Source: Actinomycetota bacterium (GTDB lineage: Bacteria; Actinomycetota; Geothermincolia; Geothermincolales; RBG-13-55-18). Taken from it: a DNA stretch of 64,000 nt. This document shows positions 18,852 through 27,787 of this stretch, piece after piece. The number at the start of each line of letters is the position of its first letter. Positions within the stretch are counted from its first letter, which is position 1. The stretch is taken from contig JACIXB010000016.1 of assembly GCA_014360685.1 (NCBI GenBank), positions 253,586 through 317,585 of the forward strand, written 5' to 3'. The translations under genes and the position numbers were made by a program. Under the pieces are notes generated by a model that had not been told where the DNA came from, searched no databases, and saw nothing but the letters and a program-made list of their open reading frames with translations.

Positions 18852-19502
18852 ATGGAAGGAGGTTCCTACGCGGCGCAGCCCGGAAGCCCCCTCGAGTACC
18901 AGGTGGGTACCCGGGCGAGCACGGACTTCATCACCGATCCCGGAATGGCCATCCTGCTTTCCATCGTCACCTGCGGCATCTACGGCCTGTACATCGTCTA
19001 TAAGCTGGTGCAGAGGAGGGACGAGCATTTCCGGCGCATGGCCGGGGTGGCCGACGCGGTGGCCGCCTTGCGGGCCAAGGCCCAGGGCAGGGAGGAACTC
19101 ATCGCGCCGGAACTCGCCCAGCTGGAGCAGGTGCGGGTGCAAATGGCCGCCATGGCCGCGGAACGGGGTGCCGCCATCTGGCTTCTCATCTGCATGTTCA
19201 CCGGGATTGGATCCCTCATCCTTTATTACCTGCTCATGCAGGATTACGTGCAGCATGACCTCCTGGAGGCCCAGTTCTTCACCCTGATGAGCGGGGCCCT
19301 GGCCAAGCTGGGGCTGGCCTCGGAAGCCGGACAAGCTGTACCCTCAGTGCCCCAGCGGGATTTCGTGACCTTCCTCATCCTCACCCTGGTCACCTGCGGC
19401 ATCTACGGTCTCTACTGGATGTACGTGATGATCAAGGACTTCAACGACCACTTCATGGCCCAGGTGCCCTGGGAGGACTTCCTGGTCCAGGCCCTGCGCT
19501 GA
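18852..19502 (+). CDS. DUF4234-like membrane protein (tandem domain)
   Basis: VTCGIYGLY occurs twice. GGAGG RBS. Confidence 0.78.
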   Translation: MEGGSYAAQPGSPLEYQVGTRASTDFITDPGMAILLSIVTCGIYGLYIVYKLVQRRDEHFRRMAGVADAVAALRAKAQGREELIAPELAQLEQVRVQMAAMAAERGAAIWLLICMFTGIGSLILYYLLMQDYVQHDLLEAQFFTLMSGALAKLGLASEAGQAVPSVPQRDFVTFLILTLVTCGIYGLYWMYVMIKDFNDHFMAQVPWEDFLVQALR

Positions 19503-19519
19503 GCACGGAGGGCGGCGAT

Positions 19520-20320
19520 TCAGGCAGGCAGCCAGAGGGAGAGGGCCACCACCGCCGCCACGGCGGATACGGCGGCCAGGTCGGCGAATCGGAAGCGCAT
19601 GGACCGGTAGTGGGTACGGCTCGCCTCGCCCCGGTAGCCCCGCGCGGCCAGGGCGGCGCCCAGCTCCTCAGCGTCGCGGAAGCAGGCCGAGAACAGGGGG
19701 ACCAGCAGGGGCACGAGGTCCAACATCCTCCGCACCGGATTGCGGCCGGAGAATTCCGACCCCCGGGCCTCCTGGGCCAGGGCTATGTCCCCGGCGCGGG
19801 AGAGGAGGAGGGGGAGGAAGCGGAAGGCCGCGGTAAGGACCATGGCCGCGTCCCGGACGGGTAAACCCAGGCGGCGGAGGGGAGCGGCCAGGGACTCCAG
19901 ACCGGAGAGCATCTCCACCGGGCCGGTGGTCATGGTGAGTATGCCCAGCAAAAGGACGGCGATAACCAGCCTCAAGGAGTAAAGCACCCCGTTCGAAAGG
20001 CCGGTGTTGGTGACGGACAGCGGTCCCCATTTCCATATCTCGCGCCCGGGGGAGAAGAAGAGCTGGGCCGTGGCGGTGATCAGAAGGAGCAGGGCCACCG
20101 AACGGAGGGAGGACAGGGTTTGCCCCGGCGGAAGCTTGGCGATGTACATGGCCGCCAGGCAGAAGAGCAGGAGGAGGATCAGCCCCCCCGGCCTGCGCAC
20201 CAGGAAGGCGCTCACCAGGAGGGCCAATGTGCAGGCCAGCTTGGTCCTGGGGTCCAGGCGGTGAAGGGGAGAAGAAAGGGGGTAATACTGTCCCACGCGG
20301 ATGCGCTGCAGGCTCCTCAT
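19520..20320 (-). CDS. ecfT: ECF transporter transmembrane component T
   Basis: GQYYPLSSPLHRLDPRTKL and two conserved Arg motifs (AQEARG, ALAARG). ATGA overlap with the upstream gene. Confidence 0.9.
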   Translation of the reverse strand: MRSLQRIRVGQYYPLSSPLHRLDPRTKLACTLALLVSAFLVRRPGGLILLLLFCLAAMYIAKLPPGQTLSSLRSVALLLLITATAQLFFSPGREIWKWGPLSVTNTGLSNGVLYSLRLVIAVLLLGILTMTTGPVEMLSGLESLAAPLRRLGLPVRDAAMVLTAAFRFLPLLLSRAGDIALAQEARGSEFSGRNPVRRMLDLVPLLVPLFSACFRDAEELGAALAARGYRGEASRTHYRSMRFRFADLAAVSAVAAVVALSLWLPA

Positions 20321-21174
20321 CCCGCACCCCCTCTCATGACGGCGTCTATCCTCTCCGCCGCTTCCTCCGCGTTGCGCACGTAGGCGGGAAGCGAGGGGTA
20401 CCCGGCCCGCAGGAGATGCAGTAGCTCGACCCGGGGCGGCGGCTCCAGGCCGGCGCGCCTCAGTCCCTCCCGGTCCCCGAGCACGCTCTCCTTTTCCCCC
20501 TCCAGGATCAGGCGCCCCTCGTGGAGTACCGCGGCCCGGTCCGCCAGGAGATCGACCTCCTCCCACTCGTGGGTGACGAGGAGGATGCCCGCCCCGGAAC
20601 TGCGCAGCCGGTGGAGGAGGAGGGCCAGCCGCTCGCGCCCCTCGCCGTCCAGGCCGGAGAAAGGTTCGTCGAGGAGTAGAAAGCGGGGTTCCCTGACCAG
20701 CACCCCGGCCAGGGCCACCCGGCGCATCTCCCCCCGGCTGAGCGCGAAGGGCGGGAGCGGGGAGTAGTGGGAAGGCTCCAGGCCCACGGAACGCAGGGCA
20801 CGGGCGGTTCTCTCCCTCGCCTCCCGCCGCGGGAGAGAGGAGCGGCGCAGTCCGAAGGCCACGTCCGCCTCCACCGTCTCCGCGAACAACTGGTCCTCCG
20901 GTGACTGGAACAGGATCCCCACCGCTTCCCTCAGGCGTGCCCGGAAATCCTCCCTCCCGCCGCAGGGCATCCCGTCCAGGAAGAGGGCGCCCTTCCGAGG
21001 GGCCAGCAATCCCGACGCCACCAGGAGGAGGGTGGACTTGCCGCAACCGCTGGGGCCCAGAAGGGAGAGGATCTCGCCCTCGCGGATCTCCAGGTCCACG
21101 CCCCGCAGCACCTCCCTGGCCAGGGGAGTGCCGGCATAGTAGGTGAAATGGACGTCCTTCAAGGCGAGGCCCAT
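20317..21174 (-). CDS. ecfA2: ECF transporter ATPase A2
   Basis: YYAGTPL, Walker A GPSGCGKST, FQSPEDQLFAETV, PFALSRGEMRRVA and LDEP. Confidence 0.88.
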   Translation of the reverse strand: MGLALKDVHFTYYAGTPLAREVLRGVDLEIREGEILSLLGPSGCGKSTLLLVASGLLAPRKGALFLDGMPCGGREDFRARLREAVGILFQSPEDQLFAETVEADVAFGLRRSSLPRREARERTARALRSVGLEPSHYSPLPPFALSRGEMRRVALAGVLVREPRFLLLDEPFSGLDGEGRERLALLLHRLRSSGAGILLVTHEWEEVDLLADRAAVLHEGRLILEGEKESVLGDREGLRRAGLEPPPRVELLHLLRAGYPSLPAYVRNAEEAAERIDAVMRGGAG

Positions 21175-22679
21175 AAACCCTCCAGGATGTCCTCCAAGCC
21201 CCTTGGGTGCTCGGGCGTCGGCCAACCCCTGCCGCGCAACTCCCGAGAAATGCGGAGGGGTTCCGGTTCCCGCGCCGCGATGCGCTCACGGAGACGGGGA
21301 AGGGAAAGGAAAAGGTGGGGCGGGCCGTCGAAGGTCACCCGCCCTTCCTCCAGGAGAACCAGGCGGTCGGCCAGGAGGAACTCCTCCGGGCGGTGGGTGA
21401 CGTGGAGGAGGGTGACCCCCCTTTCCTCGCGCTGGCGCCGAAGGAGGTCCAGGAGCTCGGACCGGCCCACGGGGTCCAGCATGGAGGTGGATTCGTCGGA
21501 TACGACGACGCGGGGTCGCAGGGCCAGCACCCCGGCCAGGGCCACCCTCTTCTTCTCGCCCGGTGAAAGCAAGTGCGGCTGGCGGCGGCGGAGGTGGGTG
21601 ACGCCCGCCAGGCTCAACGCCTCCTCCACCCGGATGGATATCTCCTCGCGGGGTAGCCCCAGGTTCTCGGGCCCGAAGGCCACGTCGTCCTCCACGGTGG
21701 CTCCCACCACCTGGTGGTCGGGGTCCTGCAGGATCATGCCCACCAGGCGGCGGATCTCGCGGAGGTCCTCCGGAGAGGAGGTGTCCAGTCCGAATACCCG
21801 CACCCTGCCCAGTCCGGGTAGCAGGAGTCCGTTCACCAGGCGGCAGAGGGTGGATTTGCCGCTGCCGTTGAGCCCGGTGAGCGCCACGAATTCCCCTTCC
21901 TCCACCACCAGGTGGAGGCCGTCGAGTGCCGGGCGGTCCTCGCGGCCTGGAAACCATATGGTAACTCCTTCCAGGAAGATGGCAGGTTCTCGGACCGTTT
22001 CGGCCTTCCGGACCCGCCCGGTGCGGATTTCGTTTCCTCCCGCGGGGACCGTGGTCGCGGTCCATCCCCCGGGTTGGCTTTCCGCCCGCGGCTCTCCTCC
22101 GCCGGCGCGGCGGGGCGAAGCCACGGGGATCAAGTACCCGGCACCCAGGGACAGGAGAAGCCTGCGGGCCAGCAAGCCGATGAGGAATCCGGTGGGCAAG
22201 GCCAGAAGGAGGAGGATGGGGAGGTAGTTCACCAGGCCCGGAAAGCCCACCAACCATACGGCCACCCCCAGTTGCGCCGCGTTGTGGGATACCGCGCCGG
22301 CGATACTCAGGCCCGTGAGTGTCATGAAAGGTGGCTTGATGAGATATACGGCCGCCATCACCAGGGTGGCGGCCGTCCCGGCGGACAGGCTGATGGTCAG
22401 GCCCACGAAGCTTCCCCGCAGCAGCCCGCCCAGGAGGCAGCGGAGCAGGTTTACGGCCAGGGCTTCCCAGGGACCGAGAGTGAAAAGGGCGATGAGGGTG
22501 GCCAGGTTGGCCAGGCCCAGCTTCACGCCGGGCAGGGGAAGGATGGGGGGCAGCATGCCCTCCAATATCTGAAGGACCAGCCCCAGGGTCACCAGCAAGC
22601 CCAGGCGGCTGACCAGGTAAGCCCGGCGGTCGGAGGGGGGTATTCCCGGTAGGGGGGACCTGTCAACGGTTGACGACAT
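21159..22679 (-). CDS. Gx-family S component fused to ECF ATPase A1
   Basis: N-terminal PGVKLGLAN...SIAGAVSHNAAQL (Gx/heptaprenyl synthase component I family), a roughly 50-aa linker, then GLNGSGKST and QDPDHQVVGATVEDDVAFGPEN. Confidence 0.85.
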   Translation of the reverse strand: MSSTVDRSPLPGIPPSDRRAYLVSRLGLLVTLGLVLQILEGMLPPILPLPGVKLGLANLATLIALFTLGPWEALAVNLLRCLLGGLLRGSFVGLTISLSAGTAATLVMAAVYLIKPPFMTLTGLSIAGAVSHNAAQLGVAVWLVGFPGLVNYLPILLLLALPTGFLIGLLARRLLLSLGAGYLIPVASPRRAGGGEPRAESQPGGWTATTVPAGGNEIRTGRVRKAETVREPAIFLEGVTIWFPGREDRPALDGLHLVVEEGEFVALTGLNGSGKSTLCRLVNGLLLPGLGRVRVFGLDTSSPEDLREIRRLVGMILQDPDHQVVGATVEDDVAFGPENLGLPREEISIRVEEALSLAGVTHLRRRQPHLLSPGEKKRVALAGVLALRPRVVVSDESTSMLDPVGRSELLDLLRRQREERGVTLLHVTHRPEEFLLADRLVLLEEGRVTFDGPPHLFLSLPRLRERIAAREPEPLRISRELRGRGWPTPEHPRGLEDILEGLWASP

Positions 22680-23091
22680 CGGGACCCCCTTCCCCGCTCA
22701 CCACCTCGATGACTACCCGATTGGGCAGGCAGACGATGCTCTCCCCGGGACGGGAGATCCACCCCCTGCGCGCGCACAGCTTGTCCGGGCAGGCGGAGTC
22801 CACCATGCGCACCCGCCCCCCCTCGATCTCCACGTAACTCTTGCCCTGGTAGCCGTCGATGGCCAGGGATCGTTTTCCCTGCGGCAGGTCGAATTCCGCC
22901 ACCTGCCGGCCGTCGGCCAGGACGCGGACCTTGAGGCTCGACCCACCCGCCCGGCTGACCCCGTGCAGGATGAGGAAGAGGCTCAAGAAGCCCACGGCCA
23001 GGACCAGTACCACGTCGCCCGGGGCCCACCATCTCCTGAGCGACGCGGACCACCGACCGGACCGCCCGGCGTTGCCCATTCCCTTTTTCAC
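22663..23091 (-). CDS. NusG domain II-containing (DUF1312-like) protein
   Basis: TM helix then VEIEGGRVRMVDSACPDKLC...GWISRPGESIVCLPNRV. Confidence 0.88.
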   Translation of the reverse strand: MKKGMGNAGRSGRWSASLRRWWAPGDVVLVLAVGFLSLFLILHGVSRAGGSSLKVRVLADGRQVAEFDLPQGKRSLAIDGYQGKSYVEIEGGRVRMVDSACPDKLCARRGWISRPGESIVCLPNRVVIEVVSGEGGPDVVNR

Positions 23092-23291
23092 CTACATCCG
23101 TCCTTCCGGTTTACGCTCATCATCCATTCTACAACCAGGCTTCCCTTGGGGCGTTATCCTCGGGCCGGCGCATCCTCCTTGCGGGTCGCGCATATTCCCG
23201 TCACGGGCCGTGCGCGTTTTCCTCCCTCTGGCTCTCCGCTTCGCCCCGCGACCCTCCTGCCTCCCCTTTCCGGAAGCGTGTCCCCTTCCGG

Positions 23292-23320
23292 TTGTTATGC
23301 CCCGGGGCCGCGCATATAAT
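23292..23320 (+). promoter_or_regulatory. sigma70-type promoter, probably leaderless transcript
   Basis: TTGTTA-N17-TATAAT, with ATG 7 nt downstream and no SD sequence. Confidence 0.6.
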
Positions 23321-23327
23321 CTTTCCT

Positions 23328-24233
23328 ATGGATGTCAAGGAAGCCAACCTGGTCTTTCACGACGAGACCAGCCGGGAATACGACCGCAAGTGGGCCATCC
23401 GCTTCGACGACGACATGGCGCGCTTCGTGCTGTCCAAGTTCGAGCTGGGCCTGGGAGGACCTTTTCCCCGCGGGGTTAAGGTCATGGAGATCGGGTGCGG
23501 CACCGGGTACGCCATGTTGAACCTGGGCCTGGCCGGGGTGCTGGACGAGGCCTGGGGGTGCGACATCTCCCAGGGCATGCTGGACGTCTGCCGGGAAAAC
23601 GCCGAGCGGCTGGGCATCAAGGTCCACCTCCGGCAGGCGGACGCCGAGGAGCTGCCCTACGAGGACGAGTCCTTCGACCTGGTCATCGGGCACGCCGTGC
23701 TCCATCACCTGCCCGACCTGGAGGCTTCACTCCGGGAGATACACCGCGTGCTCAGGCCGGGGGGGAAATGCGTGGTGGCCGGGGAGCCCACGGTGGCCGG
23801 GCATCGGCTGGCCCGGGTGGCCAAGGACGTGGCCTCCTTCGGCATCCGGTGGTACGCGAGATTGGGCGGCCGGCTGGGGAAGAGACGAATAGAGCTGCGC
23901 CGTTACCACGCCGCGGGGTTACCCGAGGACCACGAGCTGCAGGAACTGGAGTTCATGGTGGACATCCACAACTTCCGCCCCCGTGAGCTCTGCGCCCTGG
24001 CCCGAAAGGTCGGCTTCCGCGAGGTCCGCTACGAGTGCGAGGAGCTGTGCTCCAGCTTCATCGGCTGGATGATACGCACCGTGGAGGGGAGCGTCAGCGA
24101 GGAGAACATAACCGACCGCTGGAGGTGGGGAGCCTATAACACCTACAGGAGGGCCCGCGCCCTGGACCGCGTGCTCTACCGCTACCTTCCCCGCGACTGG
24201 TTCTACAACTTGATCCTCTGCCTTGGGAAGTGA
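23328..24233 (+). CDS. class I SAM methyltransferase (Rv3038c-like)
   Basis: EIGCGTG motif I. FHDETSREYDRKW and FDLVIGHAVLHHLPD...AGEPT resemble mycobacterial Rv3038c as I recall it. Confidence 0.85.
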   Translation: MDVKEANLVFHDETSREYDRKWAIRFDDDMARFVLSKFELGLGGPFPRGVKVMEIGCGTGYAMLNLGLAGVLDEAWGCDISQGMLDVCRENAERLGIKVHLRQADAEELPYEDESFDLVIGHAVLHHLPDLEASLREIHRVLRPGGKCVVAGEPTVAGHRLARVAKDVASFGIRWYARLGGRLGKRRIELRRYHAAGLPEDHELQELEFMVDIHNFRPRELCALARKVGFREVRYECEELCSSFIGWMIRTVEGSVSEENITDRWRWGAYNTYRRARALDRVLYRYLPRDWFYNLILCLGK

Positions 24234-25009
24234 CGGGAAGGGAGGCCGCCTTGGGGGGCTGCAGCCGGGAGGCCGTGGAGGCCGTGCGGGAGGTGGAGAA
24301 GGCCCAGGGCCTGGGAGACGGGGAGCGTCCCCGGGGCTGGAGGTGGTTCGCCCGCACCGTCCGCTTCGTGATCTCCAGGCGCATGTACACCCCCCGTTAC
24401 TGGGTCTTCCTCTACCGTTTCCTGCGTTTTAAGATCCTCCATCCCCGGGTGGAGACGGAGGGTTTCATCTTCCTTCCCCGCCGCTACGAGGTGGTGCTCA
24501 AGAAGGGGGGGCGCATAAAGATCGGGCGTTGGGTATGGATAGGCAGGAACAACGCCATCCGCTGCCACGAGGGGGAGCTGTACATCGGGGACAACACCAT
24601 CTTCGGCACGGACAACACGGTGAACTGCTACGCCGGGGTGTACATCGGGCCGGAGTGTCTCTTCGCCGACTCCGTCTATATCGTGGATTTCGACCACAAT
24701 TACTGGGACCCGGAGATCTCCATACGTTCCCAGGGTATCACCAAGAAGCCCATCCGCCTGGAGGGGGATATCTGGGTGGGGGAGAAGGTGACCATCCTGC
24801 GGGGGGTGACCGTGGGAAGGGGATCGGTCATCGGGGCCATGAGCCTGGTCAACCGGGACGTTCCTCCTTACGCGGTGGTGGGGGGAGTGCCGGCGCGGGT
24901 CATCGGCTGGAGGCCCCGCCCGGTTGGAGGCACCCGCGGAGGCGGCGGGACGTCGCCGCTCGGATCCTTGGAGAGTGGACGCGGGGAGGAAACCGGGAGC
25001 AACTCCTGA
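24230..25009 (+). CDS. hexapeptide-repeat (LbH) acyltransferase (Rv3034c-like)
   Basis: IGRWVWIG..N.IR.HEG, DFDH, QGITKKPIR and VVGGVPARVI. GTGA overlap with the methyltransferase. Confidence 0.85.
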   Translation: MTGREAALGGCSREAVEAVREVEKAQGLGDGERPRGWRWFARTVRFVISRRMYTPRYWVFLYRFLRFKILHPRVETEGFIFLPRRYEVVLKKGGRIKIGRWVWIGRNNAIRCHEGELYIGDNTIFGTDNTVNCYAGVYIGPECLFADSVYIVDFDHNYWDPEISIRSQGITKKPIRLEGDIWVGEKVTILRGVTVGRGSVIGAMSLVNRDVPPYAVVGGVPARVIGWRPRPVGGTRGGGGTSPLGSLESGRGEETGSNS

Positions 25010-25273
25010 AGGCGCGGCCGGTGCCCGACGGCGGTCCGCCGGGCGGCTTTGCCCGGGGGAAGGTGTTCCAGGGCCGGGTGTGGGAGTGCCTGCCCGGCAG
25101 GCCGGCGGATTTTCAGTCCCGGGGGAAGTCCACGGGGAGGCATCACCCACGGGGCGTTGACCGTGGCGAGACGCGGGGAAGGGCCGTTCCGGCGGGGAGG
25201 CGAAAACCCGGACTTATATGGTAAATAATGGGATTTAGCCGGGAGCTTTCACCCGGCGGGGGGTGCGGCGTTC

Positions 25274-26263
25274 GTGGCGCAGAAGGATATCGACCCGGAA
25301 CTCAGGCGCGACCTCTTGACCGGGGGTTGGACCATCTTGGCGCCCGCGCGCTCCCGGCGCCCGGGAGGGGGAAAGGATGGGCGGGGGAGGGGACCCTGCC
25401 CCTTCTGCCCCGGCAACGAGCGGCTCACTCCCCCGGAGGTTTGGGCGGAGAGCGAAGGGCCCCGTTCCAAGGACGGGCCGGGATGGAACATAAGGGTGGT
25501 CCCCAACCTCTACCCGGCGCTGGTCGAGAACCCCGGAACCGGTGGCAAGGCCGGCGGGAGGATGCCGGCACGAGGTTTCCACGAGGTGATAATCCACTCC
25601 CCCCGCCACGATCTGTCCCTGGAGCGCATGGACCCGGAGTCGGCCTACCGGCTCATGCGCGCCTATCGCCTCCGTTACCGCGAACTCTGCGGGCACCCGT
25701 GGGTCAGGCAAGTCCTGGTCACCCTCAACCACGGCCGCGAGGCGGGGGCCTCCCTGGAACACCCTCATACCCAGGTCTTCGCCCTTCCCCTGGTGCCCCG
25801 GGCGATACGGGAGGAACTCGGACGCTGGAGGAGGGCGGCCGCTCGGGGTTGTCCTCTCTGTGCGGCGGTGGAGGAAGCCCGGCGGGAGGAGAGGCTGATC
25901 CTGGAGAACGGGTCCTTCGCCGCCTTGGCTCCCTTCGCCTCCCGCCAGCCCTACGAGACCTGGTTCGTTCCCCTACGCCACGGGGAGGATTTCTCCCGCG
26001 CCGGTGAGGCGGAGCTCAGGGGGATGGCCGACATCCTGTGCCGGGTGCTCAGGGGGCTGGCCGGGCTCCTCGACCATCCCCCCTACAACCTCTGGCTGCA
26101 CTCCGCGCCCTGCGACGGGTCGGAATACGCCTATTATCACTGGCACTTGGAGCTGGTCCCCCGCCTCGTGGTCACCGCGGGCTTCGAGCTGGCCTCGGGA
26201 CTGTTCATCAACCCGCTTCCTCCCGAGGAGGCCGCCCGGAGGCTCCGCGGCATCATGGGGTGA
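25274..26263 (+). CDS. galT: GalT-family sugar-phosphate nucleotidyltransferase
   Basis: CPFCPGNE, RVVPNLYP, GASLEHPHTQ (HPH motif), HWHLE and GFEL. Confidence 0.88.
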   Translation: MAQKDIDPELRRDLLTGGWTILAPARSRRPGGGKDGRGRGPCPFCPGNERLTPPEVWAESEGPRSKDGPGWNIRVVPNLYPALVENPGTGGKAGGRMPARGFHEVIIHSPRHDLSLERMDPESAYRLMRAYRLRYRELCGHPWVRQVLVTLNHGREAGASLEHPHTQVFALPLVPRAIREELGRWRRAAARGCPLCAAVEEARREERLILENGSFAALAPFASRQPYETWFVPLRHGEDFSRAGEAELRGMADILCRVLRGLAGLLDHPPYNLWLHSAPCDGSEYAYYHWHLELVPRLVVTAGFELASGLFINPLPPEEAARRLRGIMG

Positions 26264-26353
26264 GGTTGCGCATGGTTTTCCGCCGGGTTCACCGGCGTAA
26301 AGCGGAGGGAAACCGGGGTCCGTCACCGGGGCGGGGGTTCGTGACCGGGATCC

Positions 26354-27763
26354 TCATCCCCCTTCCTCGGTCGGAAAACGGTGAAAGTCCACGTAGTAGC
26401 GGAGGGAGAGGCAGGCGGCGGTGGGGGTCAGGTAGGCGGGAACCCCCGCCTGGTACAGCCTGGCCGCCTGGGGCTGGACCAGGGAGCTGGGAAAAAGTAC
26501 CACCACCACGGGCTTGGACATCTCGGGCTTGGCTTTCAGCACCTCGTCGGTGATGGCCTGGATCAGCCCGATGTCCCCGTCGCGGGAGGCGGGGGCGCTC
26601 CCCACGGCCAGTATTATGTCCACCTCGGGGTCCCGGTCCAGGAGCTCGAGCACCCGCCTGTAGTTCCCGGGGACCACCGCCCCGAATCCCAGGTCCACCG
26701 GGTTGGAGAAACTGGTGCCCTCCCGGGGGAGGAAGGAAGCCAACGCCTCCCGGGTCCGGGGGGAGACCCGGGCCATGGAGAGCCCCGCCCTCTCCACGGA
26801 GTCGGCGGAGTTCACCCCCAGGCCGCCGGGAGCGCTGACCACCGCCACCCGGTCCCCCCCGCAGGGGGGGAGGTGGAGGAGGGCGGAAGCGAAGTCCAGC
26901 ATCTGGGCCAGGTCCTCGGCCAGCACGATTCCCGCCTGGCGGGCCGCTCCACGGAAGATCTCCGCGCTGCCCCCCAGGGCGGCGGTGTGGCTGGCCGCCG
27001 CCCGCTCCCCGGAGGGGGTCAGCCCGCCCTTGATCATCACCAGGGGCTTCCTTCCCCGCATGCGCAAGGCCGTGTCCAGGAAACGGCGGGCGTCGCGCAC
27101 CTCCTCGAGGTAGGCCAGTACGATCTCCACCCCTGGGTCCTCGGCCAGGTATTCCAGGTAATCGGCGCAGTTGAGGTCCAGCTCGTTCCCGCTGGAGACG
27201 ATCTTGTCGAAGAGGATGCCCCTCTCCATGCCGGTGAGGAAGCTGATGCTGGAGATGGACCCGCTCTGGGAGATCATCCCGGCCCGCCCCGGGACCGGGA
27301 ACATCCCGGCGAAGAGGGCCACCTTGCCCCGGGCGGAATAGATACCCATGCAGTTGGGGCCCACCAGCCGCAGGCGGCTTCGGCGCAGGATCTCCCGGAT
27401 TTCTTCCTCCAGGCGCTTTCCCTCGGGGCGGCCGGTCTCCGCGAAACCCGCGGTGTTGACCACGCAGCCCCCCACACCGGCCTCGGCGCACTCCCGCACC
27501 AGCCCGGGAACCGCTTCCGGGGGGACGCTGAGGATGACCAGGTCGGGAACCCGGGGCAGGGAAGAGATATCGGGGTAGCATTTCATCCCCATTATCTCCT
27601 CGTGGCGGGGGTTGACCGGGAAGAGGTCCCCCTCGAATCCCATGTCCAGGAAGGAGCGCAAAAGCAGGGTCCCGGGATTGTCCCGCCGTTCGGAAACTCC
27701 CGCGATGGCCGCGGCGCGGGGATGGAAGATGCGGTCCAGGCTTTCCTTAAGCCGCGGGTCCAT
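26354..27763 (-). CDS. acetate/acyl-CoA ligase (ADP-forming) alpha subunit, CoA-binding
   Basis: VGPNCMG, ISQSGS, SSGNELD, AASHT (phospho-His) and NPVDL. No ATP-grasp domain. Confidence 0.85.
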   Translation of the reverse strand: MDPRLKESLDRIFHPRAAAIAGVSERRDNPGTLLLRSFLDMGFEGDLFPVNPRHEEIMGMKCYPDISSLPRVPDLVILSVPPEAVPGLVRECAEAGVGGCVVNTAGFAETGRPEGKRLEEEIREILRRSRLRLVGPNCMGIYSARGKVALFAGMFPVPGRAGMISQSGSISSISFLTGMERGILFDKIVSSGNELDLNCADYLEYLAEDPGVEIVLAYLEEVRDARRFLDTALRMRGRKPLVMIKGGLTPSGERAAASHTAALGGSAEIFRGAARQAGIVLAEDLAQMLDFASALLHLPPCGGDRVAVVSAPGGLGVNSADSVERAGLSMARVSPRTREALASFLPREGTSFSNPVDLGFGAVVPGNYRRVLELLDRDPEVDIILAVGSAPASRDGDIGLIQAITDEVLKAKPEMSKPVVVVLFPSSLVQPQAARLYQAGVPAYLTPTAACLSLRYYVDFHRFPTEEGG

Positions 27764-27787
27764 GGTCCCTTACGCTCATGGGGCGGC

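Noticed and set aside
19520..21289. 589-aa ORF as an extended EcfT (likewise the extended rnfG 12716-13690, nuoF-like 54354 and oxidoreductase 34262 starts)
   Set aside because: The N-terminal extensions overlap neighbouring genes or promoter DNA. The true starts are at the ATGA-coupled or RBS-supported codons.
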